Positions 44,080 to 44,299 of a stretch of 44,299 bases of DNA are shown piece by piece. The translations under genes and the position numbers were made by a program. This DNA comes from a virus: IMG/VR virus record IMGVR_UViG_3300033150_002085, positions 1 to 44,299 of that record. One strand, given 5' to 3'. Position 1 is the stretch's first letter. Each line of letters starts with the position of its first letter. Under the pieces are notes generated by a model, which worked only from the letters and a program-made list of their open reading frames with translations, was not told where the DNA came from and made no database searches.

Positions 44080-44299
44080 GTCGTTTTTCGTGGCGCGTGC
44101 GGCGGCCGACGTTCGCCCGTGTTGGCCCAACGCCCGTCGAATGCCGTCCTGGTCGACGGGTGCGTTTTCGGCCGCGACGGGCGAACGTGGCGCGTTTTCG
44201 TGCGGCCGCCACGTTTCGCCCGTGTCGGCCCGGGGCTAGCCGGTCGACGGCGTGGTCGACGGCGTGGTTTTCGGCCGCGACGGGCGAACGTCGTCGCCC
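44080..44299. repeat. Iteron-like repeat cluster (continues into 1..120 across the junction)
   Basis: A 24-bp unit TTTTCGGCCGCGACGGGCGAACGT occurs at 44165-44188 and 44268-44291. The 12-mer ACGTT(T)CGCCCGT in the opposite orientation occurs at 44109-44120 and 44211-44223. Tandem GGTCGACGGCGT x2 lies at 44242-44265. Confidence 0.8.

Noticed and set aside
1-44299. Lysogeny module, reverse transcriptase/DGR, toxin-antitoxin pairs, tRNAs and CRISPR arrays.
   Set aside because: I looked through all ORF translations and AT-rich gaps and recognised none. Absence is by eye only and needs profile searches.

Overview
The window looks like a complete, GC-rich, siphovirus-like phage genome. Bases 1-114 are identical to 44186-44299, so the unique unit is 44,185 bp and is either circular or terminally redundant. 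Almost all genes are on the + strand.

Layout:
- Left end, minus strand: a short early operon carrying an amidoligase and a 93-aa partner.
- 1.6-21.8 kb: packaging, head and tail genes. These are TerS, TerL, portal, a MuF polyvalent protein ending in an ADP-ribosyltransferase, protease/scaffold, decoration protein, capsid, connector, tail tube, a frameshifted chaperone, tape measure and two small tip proteins.
- 22-38 kb: operons of small ORFs plus replication and modification genes. These are DUF932, an SNF2 helicase, prim-pol, a wHTH protein, a truncated C5-MTase, Dam and a UvrD-like helicase.
- 38.4-43.7 kb: a last operon with VRR-NUC, membrane proteins, a GT2-like protein, a ParB-MTase and DUF1937.
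- Right end, minus strand: an RHH gene next to an iteron-rich region.

I recognised no integrase, endolysin, tRNA, CRISPR array or reverse transcriptase.

Most interesting observations:
1. A three-gene glycan-building cassette sits inside the morphogenesis operon. It carries three CstII/Maf-like transferase paralogs, a DXD glycosyltransferase and a SAM methyltransferase.
2. A 175-bp AT-rich module with about six (G/A)GTCTAGG boxes occurs twice, at 12.2 kb and 38.2 kb.
3. Three sigma70-like promoters share the palindromic operator AAAATCC-N2-GGATTTT.
4. The early amidoligase operon and the MuF-HTH-zincin-ART polyvalent protein.

All family assignments come from motifs recalled from memory. No database search was run.
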